DNA from: Guillardia theta CCMP2712
Lineage: Eukaryota; Protista; Cryptophyta
Assembly: GCF_000315625.1 (NCBI RefSeq)
Contig: NW_005434601.1
Span: 204,503-268,502 of the forward strand
Reading direction: 5' to 3'
DNA length: 64,000 nucleotides
The notes under the pieces are model-generated. The model ran no database searches. It saw only the letters and a list, made by a program, of their open reading frames with translations, and was not told the DNA's origin. Positions 25,829 through 38,500 of the stretch are shown one piece after another; the first letter of the stretch is position 1; each line of letters opens with the position of its first letter. A program made the translations under genes and the position numbers.

Positions 25829-27236
25829 ATGCGGCCTCAGCTACTTTCACCCAAAAATCAACCTTCACTGAATGGCTGTAGAAATTTATGCAGCCTGATA
25901 GGCCATGTAGCTGTTGATGACCTCCTGGCAGGTTTCATGACCAGACAGGGAGTCTTGTGGGCGGGAGGCGCGGCCTTCAGCACAGGTGAGCGATCACATA
26001 GCTGGAAAGGATTACAATAATGCTACGTCCTTCAGCCCTGATCCTGTTGACATGGATGGCACCGGCATCGCGCGTTACGCGCCAGGTCTTTTGGCAGGAA
26101 GAGGCTGTGAGAAGCTGACGAGCTGGTTCAGCGGGCGGTGTTGGAGTCTGCGATCTTACCTCCCAAGGTCTGATAGTCCATTCCCTTTCCCTCCTCACGG
26201 CAGCTGATTGGGTGGGCGAGCAGGCGTTTCGCGATTGGGTCTATGAGAACACCAAGACCTCGGCGACTCCCAGCAACGAGATCCCCATGGACAGGTTCGG
26301 CTGTCTTTGAACTCTGCTTCTCCTCTCCTTTCCCCTCTTCCTTCCTCTTCGCTCTTCCCTCGTCCCTCGTCCCTCCTTCCCTTCCTCCTCGTTTTCCACT
26401 CTCTCTGCGTCCTCCCCCTTCTTTCCCTCTCACTCTCCCCTGCTGCTCCCTCCCCCAGCTGTCGTCGCCACCCTCCCCCTTCCTCTCCCCTCTTTCGTCC
26501 TCTTCCTCACCTGCTATCAGATTCTCCGGACGTGGACTGGGAAAGAGCCGGCAGACAGTGATGCCGGGGTACGAGGAGCAGGACGCCAAGGAGCTGCGGG
26601 AGGCATACGAGGAAAAGTACCGCAGCCTCCAGCCGGACATGGAGAAGCTGGATGCGGAGATCGCCAAGGAGGGAGAGACGCCGGAGCTGCGCGAGCAGAA
26701 GTTGAAGCTGGATGAAGAGCTCAAGGACGCCAAGGACGCCTGGATGGCAGCGCAGGTGCGGGAGCAAGCAGGAGAGCGGTGGTGTGCTGACAGGTGTTGA
26801 AGGGGAAAGTTATCCGGCTGAACAAGGAGCTGGTGAATGGCAAGCTTTATCACTGGTGAGGGATGGGAGGAGTTGGGGGAGGGAAGGACAATGGGATAGA
26901 TTGCGGAGCAAAGGGAAGGAGGGAAGATACGGACCAGAGGATTGTCAAGAGCAAAAAGCGAGGAAACGAAGAGTCTTGGAAATCAGTGGAGAGGAAGAAG
27001 AGTGGAGGGAGAAAAATCCATGACGAGGAGGTGGAAGAAAGTGGACACGAGGGGGCAAGGAGGGGAAGAGAAGTGCAGAGGAAGAGGAGCGGAGATGGTG
27101 ACTTGGTTTCAGGAACAAGGAGAATGGTCTCGGAGGGTCGGACAACTTCGTTCCCGTGGAGGAGGCGCATGCCCAGCTGATCGGTGGAGGGTATGGCAAA
27201 CGATACAGCATCGTTGACTGGCTGGCCGGAGAGTGA
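25829..27236 (+). CDS. Hypothetical protein with a short coiled coil
   Basis: Spliced exons read in frame ..FSGRGLGKSRQ..LDEELKDAKDAWMAAQ|VLKGKVIRLNKELVNGKLYHW|NKENGLGG..DWLAGE*; start uncertain. Confidence 0.55.
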
Positions 27237-27306
27237 GGAGCGGGCGGGGGAGCGTGCGGGTGGGTAAGGTGTAATCTATGACTAGCGGACAGACTCTCCG
27301 TAGCTC

Positions 27307-27960
27307 TTAAAGGTTGGAGAGAGCCAGCTTGTCTCTGTTCCGTCCTCTTGGCAGCGTCTTGACGCTGCTGCTGCTGCTGCTACCCTCCTCTCCTCCCTCC
27401 TTCGTCGCCATTGCCCCCCATCATCATTGTCTTCGTCCTCAACCTTGTACATCATCGTCGGTCCTGTCCTCGCTCAGTTTCTCCACCGTCGCGTCTCAAC
27501 AGTTCGATGCCGCTGTGTCTCACATAACTATGCTGCCTCCTGTCCTCGTACCCCTGCATCCCCGTCAACCGCATCACACGATCTCCTGAAAGTCGAACGT
27601 GTACTTCATGCAATCCAGTCGCCTTAATCGTCGTCTCTTTCTCCATCATCTGTATCGTCCCTTCCTTTCTCTCCTCCCTTCCGTCTCCGTTTGCTGTCCC
27701 GCTCCTCCTCCTCCTGCACTTGCGGCTCGGAAGATTCGAGTGAGTCCGATATGCTCGGCTGCCCATCGTCAGCCCCCAATCCCCTCCCTCCCTCTCCCTT
27801 CCTCACCGCTTGCCACGTTTCCTCGCACTCCCATGGCGCATGATAGCACCCGTCGTCGTCAATCCATCCAACCACGTCACTTCACCAACAAACGCGTTAC
27901 TGCAAGCAAAGAGCAGGGGCACGTGCAGGGGCAAGGGCAGGGGCGGGGGCAGGAGCAGGG

Positions 27961-28007
<47 letters not shown>

Positions 28008-28093
28008 GTCACCGTAGACTTGGATCTATCTTGACTGTGTAGTTGGAATCCAAGTTGAGGTTCTCGAACATTTCATCAAGCATTCCTACTCCT
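27307..28093 (-). CDS. Hypothetical protein (5' end probably in the gap)
   Basis: Phase-compatible exons MLDEMFENLNLDSNYTVKIDPSLR|NAFVGEVTWLDG..|RAYRTHSNLPSRK|RLDCMKYTFDFQEI. Confidence 0.4.
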
Positions 28094-28266
28094 TGTCTGC
28101 GTTTGATCTGTGGGATGAGAGCAAGAGGGAGCGAGCGAGGAGAGGAAAAAAGAGTAGCAGGGACGANNNNNNNNNNNNNNNNNNNNNNNNNNNNNNNNNN
28201 NNNNNNNNNNNNNNNNNNNNNNNNNNNNNNNNNNNNNNNNNNNNNNNNNNNNNNNNNNNNNNNNNN

Positions 28267-29457
28267 GGGAAAACTCTTCGTAGCCAGGATTCGCTGCTGC
28301 GAGGAACTTGAGCTGTGAAGAACTGGGCATAAAGTCTGTCAGTGCATCCTTCTCCTGCTCCTGCACTTGCTCCTGCTCATGCTCCGGCCCCTGCCCCTGA
28401 CCCTGCCAGAGCCCCTGAACCTGCCCCTGCCCCAGCCCAAGCCCTTGCCCCTGCCCCTGCCCATGCTCGTGATCCTGCCCCTGCCTCCTGCTCCTGCTCA
28501 CATGTTCGCTCCATGCTCCTTTCCCTCCGCCCCCCCCCCTCTCTCCCCCTTCCTGACTGTCTCCCATCCCTCCTCCCTCCTGCAAGATCGGCTTGACCTC
28601 GTGTAAGCAGGTGATCGACGTAGCAGCGCAGGACCCTCGGGTCAAAGAGGGAGACATGCTGTTCACAGTCTCCGAGGAGGGATCAGCGGCAGACCTCCTC
28701 TCCTCCAGGGCCAGCATCGACCGCGTCATCGAGCTGCACCTCTCCGATGCCTCCTCGGAAGCTGAGGCTCAGATCAAGGTGAGAAGCACGCGCATTGCGG
28801 CACTGACTGGAGGCTCGGGTGAAGGACGTGGAGGACGCGGTTGCGGCTGTTGATGCTCTGATGGAGGACTCAAGGCACCCGGTGCATATAAACGTTCCTC
28901 CTCCCGCCCTGCCCTGTCCTGATCTCCTCTCCTCTTCTCTTCTCTTCTCTTCTCTCCTCTCCTCTCCTCTCCTCTCCTCTCCTCTCTCCTCTCCTCTCCT
29001 CTCCTCTCCTCTCCTCTCCTCTCCTCTCCTCTCCTCTCCTCTTCTCTTCTCTTTCCTTCCCATCCTACCTCTCATCTCGCTCTCCTCCAGATTCTCCTCC
29101 ATTGCACCGCCGGGTCGTCAAGAAGTTGCACCATCGCGTGCCTGTGGCTGATGAAGCGGCAAGGCCTCAGCCTCGTCGACGCCTTCCTCCTCCTCCGCTC
29201 CAAGCGCCCCTGCGCCTTCCCCAATTATGGCCTGTGGTACGTCATCTTGCCCTTCGTATCTCGTCTGACGGGCTCGCAGGATTGTCATGCGTGAGCTAGA
29301 GAAGAAGGTGCGACCCTCTTGCTCACGGTCTCGTCGGCTGAAGTGCAGACAGTGGCGAGGCAGCTGCAGCTGCTCCCTGGACGATCTGAGTAGCCACGCG
29401 GATGTCGAGTTTGTGATGGAGGAGGTGAAAGGGAGGGGGCATGCGCATAGGCACTGA
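28267..29457 (+). CDS. Dual-specificity protein phosphatase (5' end in the gap)
   Basis: Catalytic loop ILLHCTAGSSRSCTIACLWLM (HCx5R), followed by LVDAFLLLRSKRPCAFPNYG; upstream KLFV..GFAAARN..LGIKSVIDV. Confidence 0.85.
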
Positions 29458-29581
29458 CCGACTGGACAAGGGCGATGAAGAGGATGACGGGTCGAGCTGG
29501 AGGCTATGATAGGAGGGTCAGTCCCATGACAGAAGAATTCAAACTAGCGGGTAGAATTTCACAAGAGCTGCAACATCAAAT

Positions 29582-32500
29582 CTATGGTAGCAAGTCGAAG
29601 TTTAGGGTGCTCGGATCTTGCTCGCCGTCGGTCTGCTGGGAGAACATCACTAAATCGTCAGAGTCCTCCGAATCCTCCTCGTCATCCTCGTCCTCCTCGT
29701 CCTCCTCGGTCGACACTTGCTCCACATCTGAGTCATCCTCATCCTCGCTGTAAACCTCCAGCGTATCGCCGCTTTCGTCGTCATGGTCGTGATCCTCTTC
29801 GGACTCACTATCGCTCTCACTTTCGCTGTCGTCGAGAGGCTGAGTCATCTGGTCGAGCTCAGAAAACATCCCACGGTCATTCCACATCATCTCCATCTCT
29901 TCGTCTTCACTTTCAAACTGTTGACTCTCCTGCTCGACATCCCGTCCGTCCACTGTGGCCTCTCCGGCCAGATGCTTCAACATGTCAGAACAGGAGGAGA
30001 GTAGAGGCTCGACTACCTTGGACCCGAACTTCGCCTCTGCCAACTCCATGAACTTGTACGCATGCTTGTGGAGCAGGAAATCGCTCTCGACCTTGTCAGC
30101 CGACGAGGCAGAGATCTCATGGCCACCATCCAAAGGGATGTGGAGCTGGGAGGACTTGCGTGAACCCACGTCCCTGTCCTGCACTTCTTCGTCGACGCCC
30201 TCGTTCTCCATCGCGCCGTCATGGAATTCCAACCCATCGGAGAACGACAGCAGCTCTGACTCAGCGTCAAACAGGATTTCACTCTGGACGGCAAAGTCGT
30301 TGTCTATCGCCGAACAGTTTCGGATGGCGTACAGCAGTTTAGAGTGCATGACCTCCTCGCTCGAGTACTTGGGTAGGTCGATGGCAAAGAAGCAGGTGTG
30401 AGCCTCTGGGAGGGATTCATCTCCCCTCCCTGACAGCAGCTCGATCTTCAGACGCAGGTTACTGTTGTTCGGGGGGAGGCGCCTGCGCCCCCAGGCGAAC
30501 GCCAAGAGGTCCGCACGGTCTGAGTTGGTCATCTTCTCGACCACCTGACGTGAGATTAAGAGACTACTTGCACAACCTCGACATTTCACCTTCCAAAACA
30601 TGACGGCTACTGGGTTCCTTTCCTTCTCGGGCAAGTTGTGATCGGTGATCTTCCTGAGAGCCTCCACGTTGATCTCGGAGGTGCCGCAGACTTTGGCCTC
30701 CAACTCCCTCCAGGTGAAGAGCGAGAAGACAACAGGGGGGACGACCGAGTGCAGCCCCTCCTTCACCGCATTGACTTGCAACTCGAACTCTGACAGCCTG
30801 TGCCGTACAACCTCAGCCAGGTACCTGTGGACCAGAGTCACTGACACACAAGTGTTCCGAGTCAAACTCTACTTGTCCTTGTCTTGCCACTGAACGTCAG
30901 TATCCCCTCCCCCGGGGATCAAGACGAGATGTCTTCCCATGCTCGACCGGTAGGTCCATGTTATCCCCTTCGCTATCCAGTCTCTTTCTGATGCGCAGCT
31001 GGACAAATCCTGTTCATCTACGTCACGCCCGAGCTCATCGCATGCAGCTAAGCTATACTACCTGGTAGTGCGCACGAAAAGCCTCGTCCATGCGAAAAAT
31101 ATCTGAGAGGTTCGCCAGCTCTCCCACTAGTCTCTTCCAAACCAACGACGCCAGGTCCAACTCCAAGAGAGAATTCGTCCTGATAGCCATGCCCATCAGC
31201 GAACCTACGAATCGGAACATGCTCAGATGCAACGCGCTTGTTGCGAAGATGTTTGGAATCCACTTGTCTTGATTTTCTCCTATGCACATCCTTTGGTTCG
31301 GACATGGCACAAACAACTTGAGGGAACCATTGATGGATTGCAGCTCAGCACAAATCTCCCTGACAGATTCTCGGAACAAACCTCCATGATCGCTACCTCC
31401 TTCTCCTTCAAAAGTCGTAATCCAAGCTTGATTGCCGCTGCCGCGCTTCTCAACCGATCTCAGAGTTGCTTTCTTGGATTCTACAGCGTTGAAGACTTGC
31501 CAGAACACGGTCAGCTCTCTTTTTCTCTTGTCTGCTGTGCAGATCCCTCTGTTCAGACTGATGGAAGGAACAAGGTGAGGATCCTTGGTCTGATGGATCA
31601 CCAACCTCATCAAATTCTCCTTGACGCTGGGGAAAATCCTCCCTTTGCTGTAGGCGAGGTAATGTGCAAGGTTGTCTTGACAATCAATCTTGCTCAGATC
31701 GATCAGAGATATCGAATCCTTCAAAATCTTGTTGAAGGCTTTCAGCAGGCAGTACCTCGAACGCACCGATGCTCTACTGCAATTCTCCAGTGAGCTCTGT
31801 TCCACCTCGTAGGAACTCTGAATATCTCGATGCATTCCATAATCATTTGAAATGTTCATGCCTGGAGAGGAGGGAATCGTTGGAGGTAATTCGGATGGGA
31901 ATCTCGAGAGCAGACAATAAGTAGATGACACAGTCTCTTCCACATTTTCATTTTCGTCGAACAGATTCTTAGGAGTGATTTCCTTCTTGCTCTTTGGATG
32001 GGAGCGATCAGCGACGTATTGGACCAACAGGGTATCCATACAGACATTCCATTGCTTGCAGTCGAAACCCTGATCCCAGTCAAAATACTTCTTCGTGGAA
32101 CTGTTCCGAAAAGGACACAATACCTGGTTCGAAAAGAGGTACGATTCATGAAATTGAGAGCTTTTTGAGTCTGTTTCTTTCTGCCTCCTCAAGCTATCAT
32201 CATTCAAAATCTCGCATGTGGCAGAATTATCGGCTAAAGCTGCAAAAGGCACAAAAAATCCTCCGTAAGGAAGTTCAACCCTCGCGACAAGGTCAAGTCG
32301 CCTGTCGGGTTCCTTTCCTTCTTTGACGTGTATGTGCAGAATCCTGTTTCGATCTACAGCCAAGCAGACAAATGTACCATTCTTGAATGCTGGGCAAACC
32401 GCATCCATTGGTGTGAGCAAAACATTTCCTTCTGAATCGAGTGAAAAAATCTTGCAATTTCCCGTTTCAGGGTTGCTTTGTATCGCAATGGACCAATGTG

Positions 32501-35500
32501 CTGAATACAGAGGATCTTGATGATGACTTATAATATTGGTCACTCCAATGCACATCTTTGCACCAGATTGATTTTCTACTTCGATGCGAAATGTCATGCG
32601 ATTAAAGTAATCATCAAAAGGAAAATTTCCTGTAGATCCCAGCCATTCACCTTCCAGAGGAGATTCAAGTCCAAGGACTGCACAATTCTTTGTCACCCGG
32701 ACTCCAGCTTTGAGATCGGTGTCGTTCCATGTCAAAAATTGATGCCTGTCAGCCCCCAACCTCATTGAGCAATTTTTCAGCCATACTGGAGGATCCGACT
32801 CGGCCCTGAAGGCTTTCAATGCCTCAGCCAACAGTCCCAAACTATCCAACATTGCAAGGGAGATACCATATTTCGACTTGCTTAGAGTTTGGACTTGCCG
32901 AAAAGTGTGTTTTGAGAGGTCATTCACATTCAAAACTCGTAAGACTGGACATAGCTCTACATCGAAATTGTCTTCATCCGAAGAAGTTGAGAATTTGCCA
33001 ACGTTCATCTTAGATAGAAAGCCAATCACCGCCTGGCCCTTCTCACCTTGCAAAGTATCAAGCTCATTCGTGTCCGTGGCTATCAAGGCAGTAGTGATGT
33101 CATCAGATGAAAAGCCCATTTCACCTAACTGGCGGAGTACTTCTTTTTGATTCGATGTCTTGTTGGTAGAGTTCTTCTTCTGTTTCAGGGCACTCCTCCA
33201 AGGGCTCAGATCATTGTGCATACCACTGGAAGAGTCGATCCAGATAAGCAGACCGACGAGGGCCTTGAGCTCAGACGATCGGCGTCGATCTCTGGTATCC
33301 AGGCATCCAGGGGGGCTCCGTCCAGAACCTAGCTCTTTTTCCAGCCTAACAATCGCAGAATAATGCAGCTCACGGATCAGTGACTGGGACTGGTGGCTCC
33401 AACTAACTTCCAATCCACTTTTCCCACATCGTAAGATTCCTTGCAGGGATTGTATCAAGGAAGTTTGTACGTTCCCGGCTTGTTGAGTGCAAATGGCCAT
33501 TAAAAGTGTCTCAACGAAGCGATTCAAGTTTGAGTCTATTCCTGGATTCTTTACCCCACAAATCTCAGCGATGTGGGAGCTCAGCCAAATAGCCAGAGAC
33601 GTGGAATGACGCGATTGAGCTTCAATTTCGTTCTCAGGCATGTGATCCTGTATCCTAACCTTGGTGGGCAACTGCCATGAGACTGCTGAAACTGGAATTC
33701 TTCCATTGACTGGGCAGAGAAAATATTTGATCCCCTTCTTCTGAACAATCTGCAGTCCAACCATCTCCTCCAACACTTGGATGCAATAATTGACAAGGTG
33801 AGATAGATCTTGAGATAGGCTGGCATCATCTTCAGCAACTGACAAAGAAAACCATCCTCTCAGGGCTTCGTCCAATACCTTAGTGATCTCAAGGTACATG
33901 CCCGATGACATGATCCTTCGCGAACGACCATACCCGGGGGGGAAGAAGTAGGAGAGCAACTGAACGATATGCCCGATACTCATAAAGTGGGCACATGATG
34001 GCATCCTGAACCTCAGTAGTTCAAGTATAGTCAATCTGGCGAACGTGTGTTCCAGGAACGATTCGCACGACAACAGAAGTTTCCCTTTGTCTCCAGTAGT
34101 GAACCACGTAGAATTGGAACTGTCTTCACCCTCAGACCCTTTCGAAGTGTCACCAAACCAGTCATAGGAAAGCGACGAAAGGTTTGAAAACATGTCTTCG
34201 TCAATGCTATGCCATTCTTGCATGGTGGAATTTTCCTTAACAAAGCGTTTCAGATGAGCATGATAGCCAGGAGATTCCATCGTTTTCATCTGTTCTTGGA
34301 TTTCCTCTCCAACTGCTAAGGTCTTTGGAGAGGAAACCCCGTATGCAATTTGTAGAGACAAATTTTCAATCTTAGCAACGATCTTCTCTACTGTAAGCCA
34401 TGAAGGACTCTGCTTGCTTAAAGTTATATGATCGAACAAACACTTGTCGGCAATTTCAACTTTGATGGCTTTTGTGGACCCAATGGCAAACCTCAAGAAA
34501 TCTTGCTTTGAGCAGTCAATCTCAACTTTCTGTAATTCACCATTTTTAGTAAACTTGAGAATGCCAGCATCCATATCCAACAGCATTCCAATATGGTCCC
34601 CTTCAGCAAATTTAGGCAACTTTGAAATATACTGACCATTCCATTTGCCTTCAATTTTAGTGTCGCCATCGTTTGCCCATGCCCAACTTCCATTTTCATC
34701 GCCTAATGACTTTGTCAAAGGATATTCTGGAACAGCACAACCTACTAAGAAATAGCTTGCAGGATCTGTTAAAATCTTTAATTCGATGTAATGAAGTCCA
34801 GAACCACGATAAAGCAGCGGGTCGAACATGATGGTTTGACCAACGTTTTTAGTAATTTCGCATTGTCTTCCATTTTCATAGACTTTTGTCTTGGACGATT
34901 TATGTTGGGCATCAAAAAGATATTGACTCCTTGAAATCCTTCGGGAAACATAAGGAAGCCCCGACGCAGCCAGTGCAGATCCCACGACCAAATTCATAAG
35001 ATCCCCATCCATAGACAAAGCTTCCTGGAATTTTCTAAATGTTGTGAATTCCCAAATGCACTTCATAAATCTTGCTTTCAACATAGACAAAAATATTGTC
35101 TTTGTGTGAGAGTTAGATTGCTCGTTGCTGTCAAGTGAAGGATGCGGCGAACTGATTCCAGATGAGTCCTTTCCGCATGATAAAATAACCTTACAAGTAT
35201 CGAAAAAATCCTTTACAAGAGTTTCAGAATGAGGAAACTCATCATTCAGGGCGGCCCCATTCTTGTTGTAAAGGAGAGTATCAAGAATTCCACCCAAAGC
35301 CAATATCGATCCCCATCTGATTGCAGTGCAATCTCCTCGATGACAGAACTCTCTGTACTGTTGGAAATGCTCGGAAACGAGCGAGGTAAATTCATCTCTT
35401 ACATACGGCTTGACCACCAACGAAGCAAAAATTTGTAAAACTTTTCTTCTGAAGGCAAGGCTGGATCGTGGAAGACTCTTCCCATAAGCAAAATATCCTT

Positions 35501-38500
35501 TCATATCACAACGAAAATTTTGGGGAGGTTGATACCAAGTCACGACAGATGGCTTTGTGTTCCAGGCGTTCACACTCGACTTTGCCTTCATGATCAAGTG
35601 CTCTGGTGAAATCTCCGTCAAGAAATCAATGAATTTCCTCAAATTTCGATGGATGAAGTCTTTGTCACAGTCTTCAACAATCGATGATACGATACATTTG
35701 ATGGATTCAAGTCGAGCCTCCACATCAAGTGATTCTGAGATTGACATCTCCCACAAGGATTCCTGCCAACTCTTGCTCCGTACTTTGGCTCGAAAGAAGC
35801 TATCATGACACACGGAATGAACACATGATAGCAAGAATTTCAGCTCTTGGTTTTCTTGTGTACAAAGATCAAGATTCGAGTCTCTTATCTGGCAACCACT
35901 CTCGTACTTCTTGGTTTTAACTTTCCAGTGTTTTACAGTCAATTCAACTTGGGGAGCTGCTGAAACTTCGCTTTCCGCTGCCAAATTGATGCAATCATTG
36001 CTATCTATGGTCACCCCACATTCAATTTCATTTGAAATCTGTATAGCTGGGGAAGGGACCACTAGAAAAGGTATATCGCCGAGCAGTTTCTCAGAATCTG
36101 ACAAGAAGATTGGTATTGAATTTCCGCCTGGATAAAATTCCACTCTCAACCAAAGCTCCTTCACAGTCTCCTTTGGGAACGAAATCATTTTCGAGTATTT
36201 CAAGCCAGCAATACGAATATCAATCGAAAACTCCAATCCAGCCACGGCTTCACTTGGAGATTCATGCTTTCTGTGCTGTATTTCGAATAGGAGAAATGAA
36301 TCCGACCAATTTTGTTTGTCACATGGGCCACAAGCACCCCGAAACAGGACAAGACAATGAAAACCTTGAGCACATGTTTCTTCGTTCAGTACCAAACAGA
36401 TTGTACTTGTTACAATCAATGTATCGAGCCCTTCTAAGGATGGGGAAAAAATCGCAGAGGACGAAGCATTCCTCGCGGCCATAAGTTTGATTCCCTCGTC
36501 TGTTACCAGAACTTGACCATCGATCTTCATACTAGCCTGGTTCTCTTTGATGTTAATGAGATCGAGAACTCTTTCTTCTTCAGCCAGCCCCTCCAAAGGT
36601 ATTCTACTCGGTGAGCCTGAAGATATGAAAACGCCATCATCGGTATTGATCGTCGCAAATGCAAAATATACTGGTCTCTGAAATAATCCGCTTATATCCT
36701 TTGAGCCTATGTACTGTCCATTCTTGCTCCATACAACAGTTTCTGGCTCCTTTTCTACAGAAAAGGTGATGTAACAAGATATCAAGTCGCCAAGGCCACA
36801 GCAGGTCCCGAAATTCAAGTCGAAATTGGATTGCGAAACTAGGTTGCCATTATTTGCATAATACGCGATAGATTCGCGATTCCAACCCAACATTTGCTTA
36901 TAGCTGTAGGGTTTGGAAGCGATACCTATCGCGATACATGGGTCCGAGGATGTTGTAACAATTTGCATCTCGACAAAATTGTTGGTAGATGATACCGGCT
37001 CATTTGACAAAATTATCCCCTTGATCTCTTCAGAGGATACACAGCGGACAATGCAGTTTGGAGTGACCGTCAGAGAAGAAGAAAAGGGCAAGCTCTTTTC
37101 GAGAAACTCACGAGGAACTGGACTTCTATCAACCTTGTACACTTGAAAATTTTGAGAATTCTTGATATCGAAATCATTTGAGATATTTTGCTCTTCATCG
37201 AAATAAGATCTGTGAAGTTTGCCCTCCTGTGGAGAATTTGCCGTGAGCAGAACTCCACTCATGTGGAAGTCATTTAGCATGCAACATCGGAAAATCAAAA
37301 TATGCTTAGACCGAACATCATGATATTCTTGCCCATGCAGCGGACGATTTGGTGAATACAACAGCATCAGCTCTTTCGAACCTTGACATCGAATGGATTT
37401 CCCAGCCACAGAGTGTATTTTACCATTCAAAGAAACCGTTCCAGCCAGCACCTTGCACTGCAGGATTTCATCATACTCGGAAGTAAGTCGCATGGATATC
37501 GGGAGGATACTTCCACACACAGCTGCGATTTGACCTTCCCAAGATTGAAAATTATTTGTGTTACAAAGCAATTTGTTAAAGTTCAGCCTTTTAACAATCG
37601 AAAAGATGTTTGATCCAATTACAGAAGCGATCCTGGCCTTGCATGCTTCATGCAGTTTCCGATTATTCATCCCCACTCCTATCATTAAAGAGCCAAGAAA
37701 TCTGTTCTTGCATTTCATGACTTCATACGATTGCGACCATGTCTTTGATAGTTGGGAATAAGACGAGGATTGCACAGGAATAAACGACTTCAAATGATCA
37801 CCATCAAGCATTGAAAGGATGACTTCTAGATCAGCATGATCGTACAATGTAGTTAGAGAAGTTAAAGCAGCAATTCTTATCTGTGGCTGCAGTGACTCAT
37901 CATTGCCAACATTTAAAAGGAAGGTGACCAAAGAGTAAAACTTTGATCTTACTTCCTGTTCAGCTTGTAGGCCGCTTGAACAGATGCCAGAGAGGTAATG
38001 AGCGTTCGCATTAGGTGCATATGCAAGCAAACACAGGGCGTCCGAGCTCAATGATGACTTCTGGGAAACTGCAAGCAAATCAATCAAGGCTGCCAAGCCA
38101 TTTTCGGACTCTTTTGCCTTTTGCTTTCTTTTCTGGAGTGAAACTGAAATAGTTTCTGGATCGATGTCATCCTTCAAAAATTCAAAGACAGCTCCGATGG
38201 TGAGTTTCAGCTCAACCGGAAGATCTTTCATTCCTGTAATTGATTTATGGCCAATGTGCTCATCATTTTGCAAATGCACGAGTCTTTTGAGCTCATGGTC
38301 AAGAGATGTCATTGGAGGCAGGTTCAACAAAAGTTCGCACCTCTTTAGAATAGGAGAACAGAATTTATCCCATCCATTGTCGTTCTCTTCAATCAAAGCA
38401 GATTGGTTGTAAAAATCCTTGGTTTGCATTACATGCCGACGAATGTTTCTGGCTGCAATGGATGCGCATCTACAACACAATTCGACTTGATTCGATGGGC

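Noticed and set aside
28267-28320. Frameshift in the first visible phosphatase exon suggesting a pseudogene
   Set aside because: It lies at a contig edge next to a gap, where errors are likely; the catalytic exons are intact
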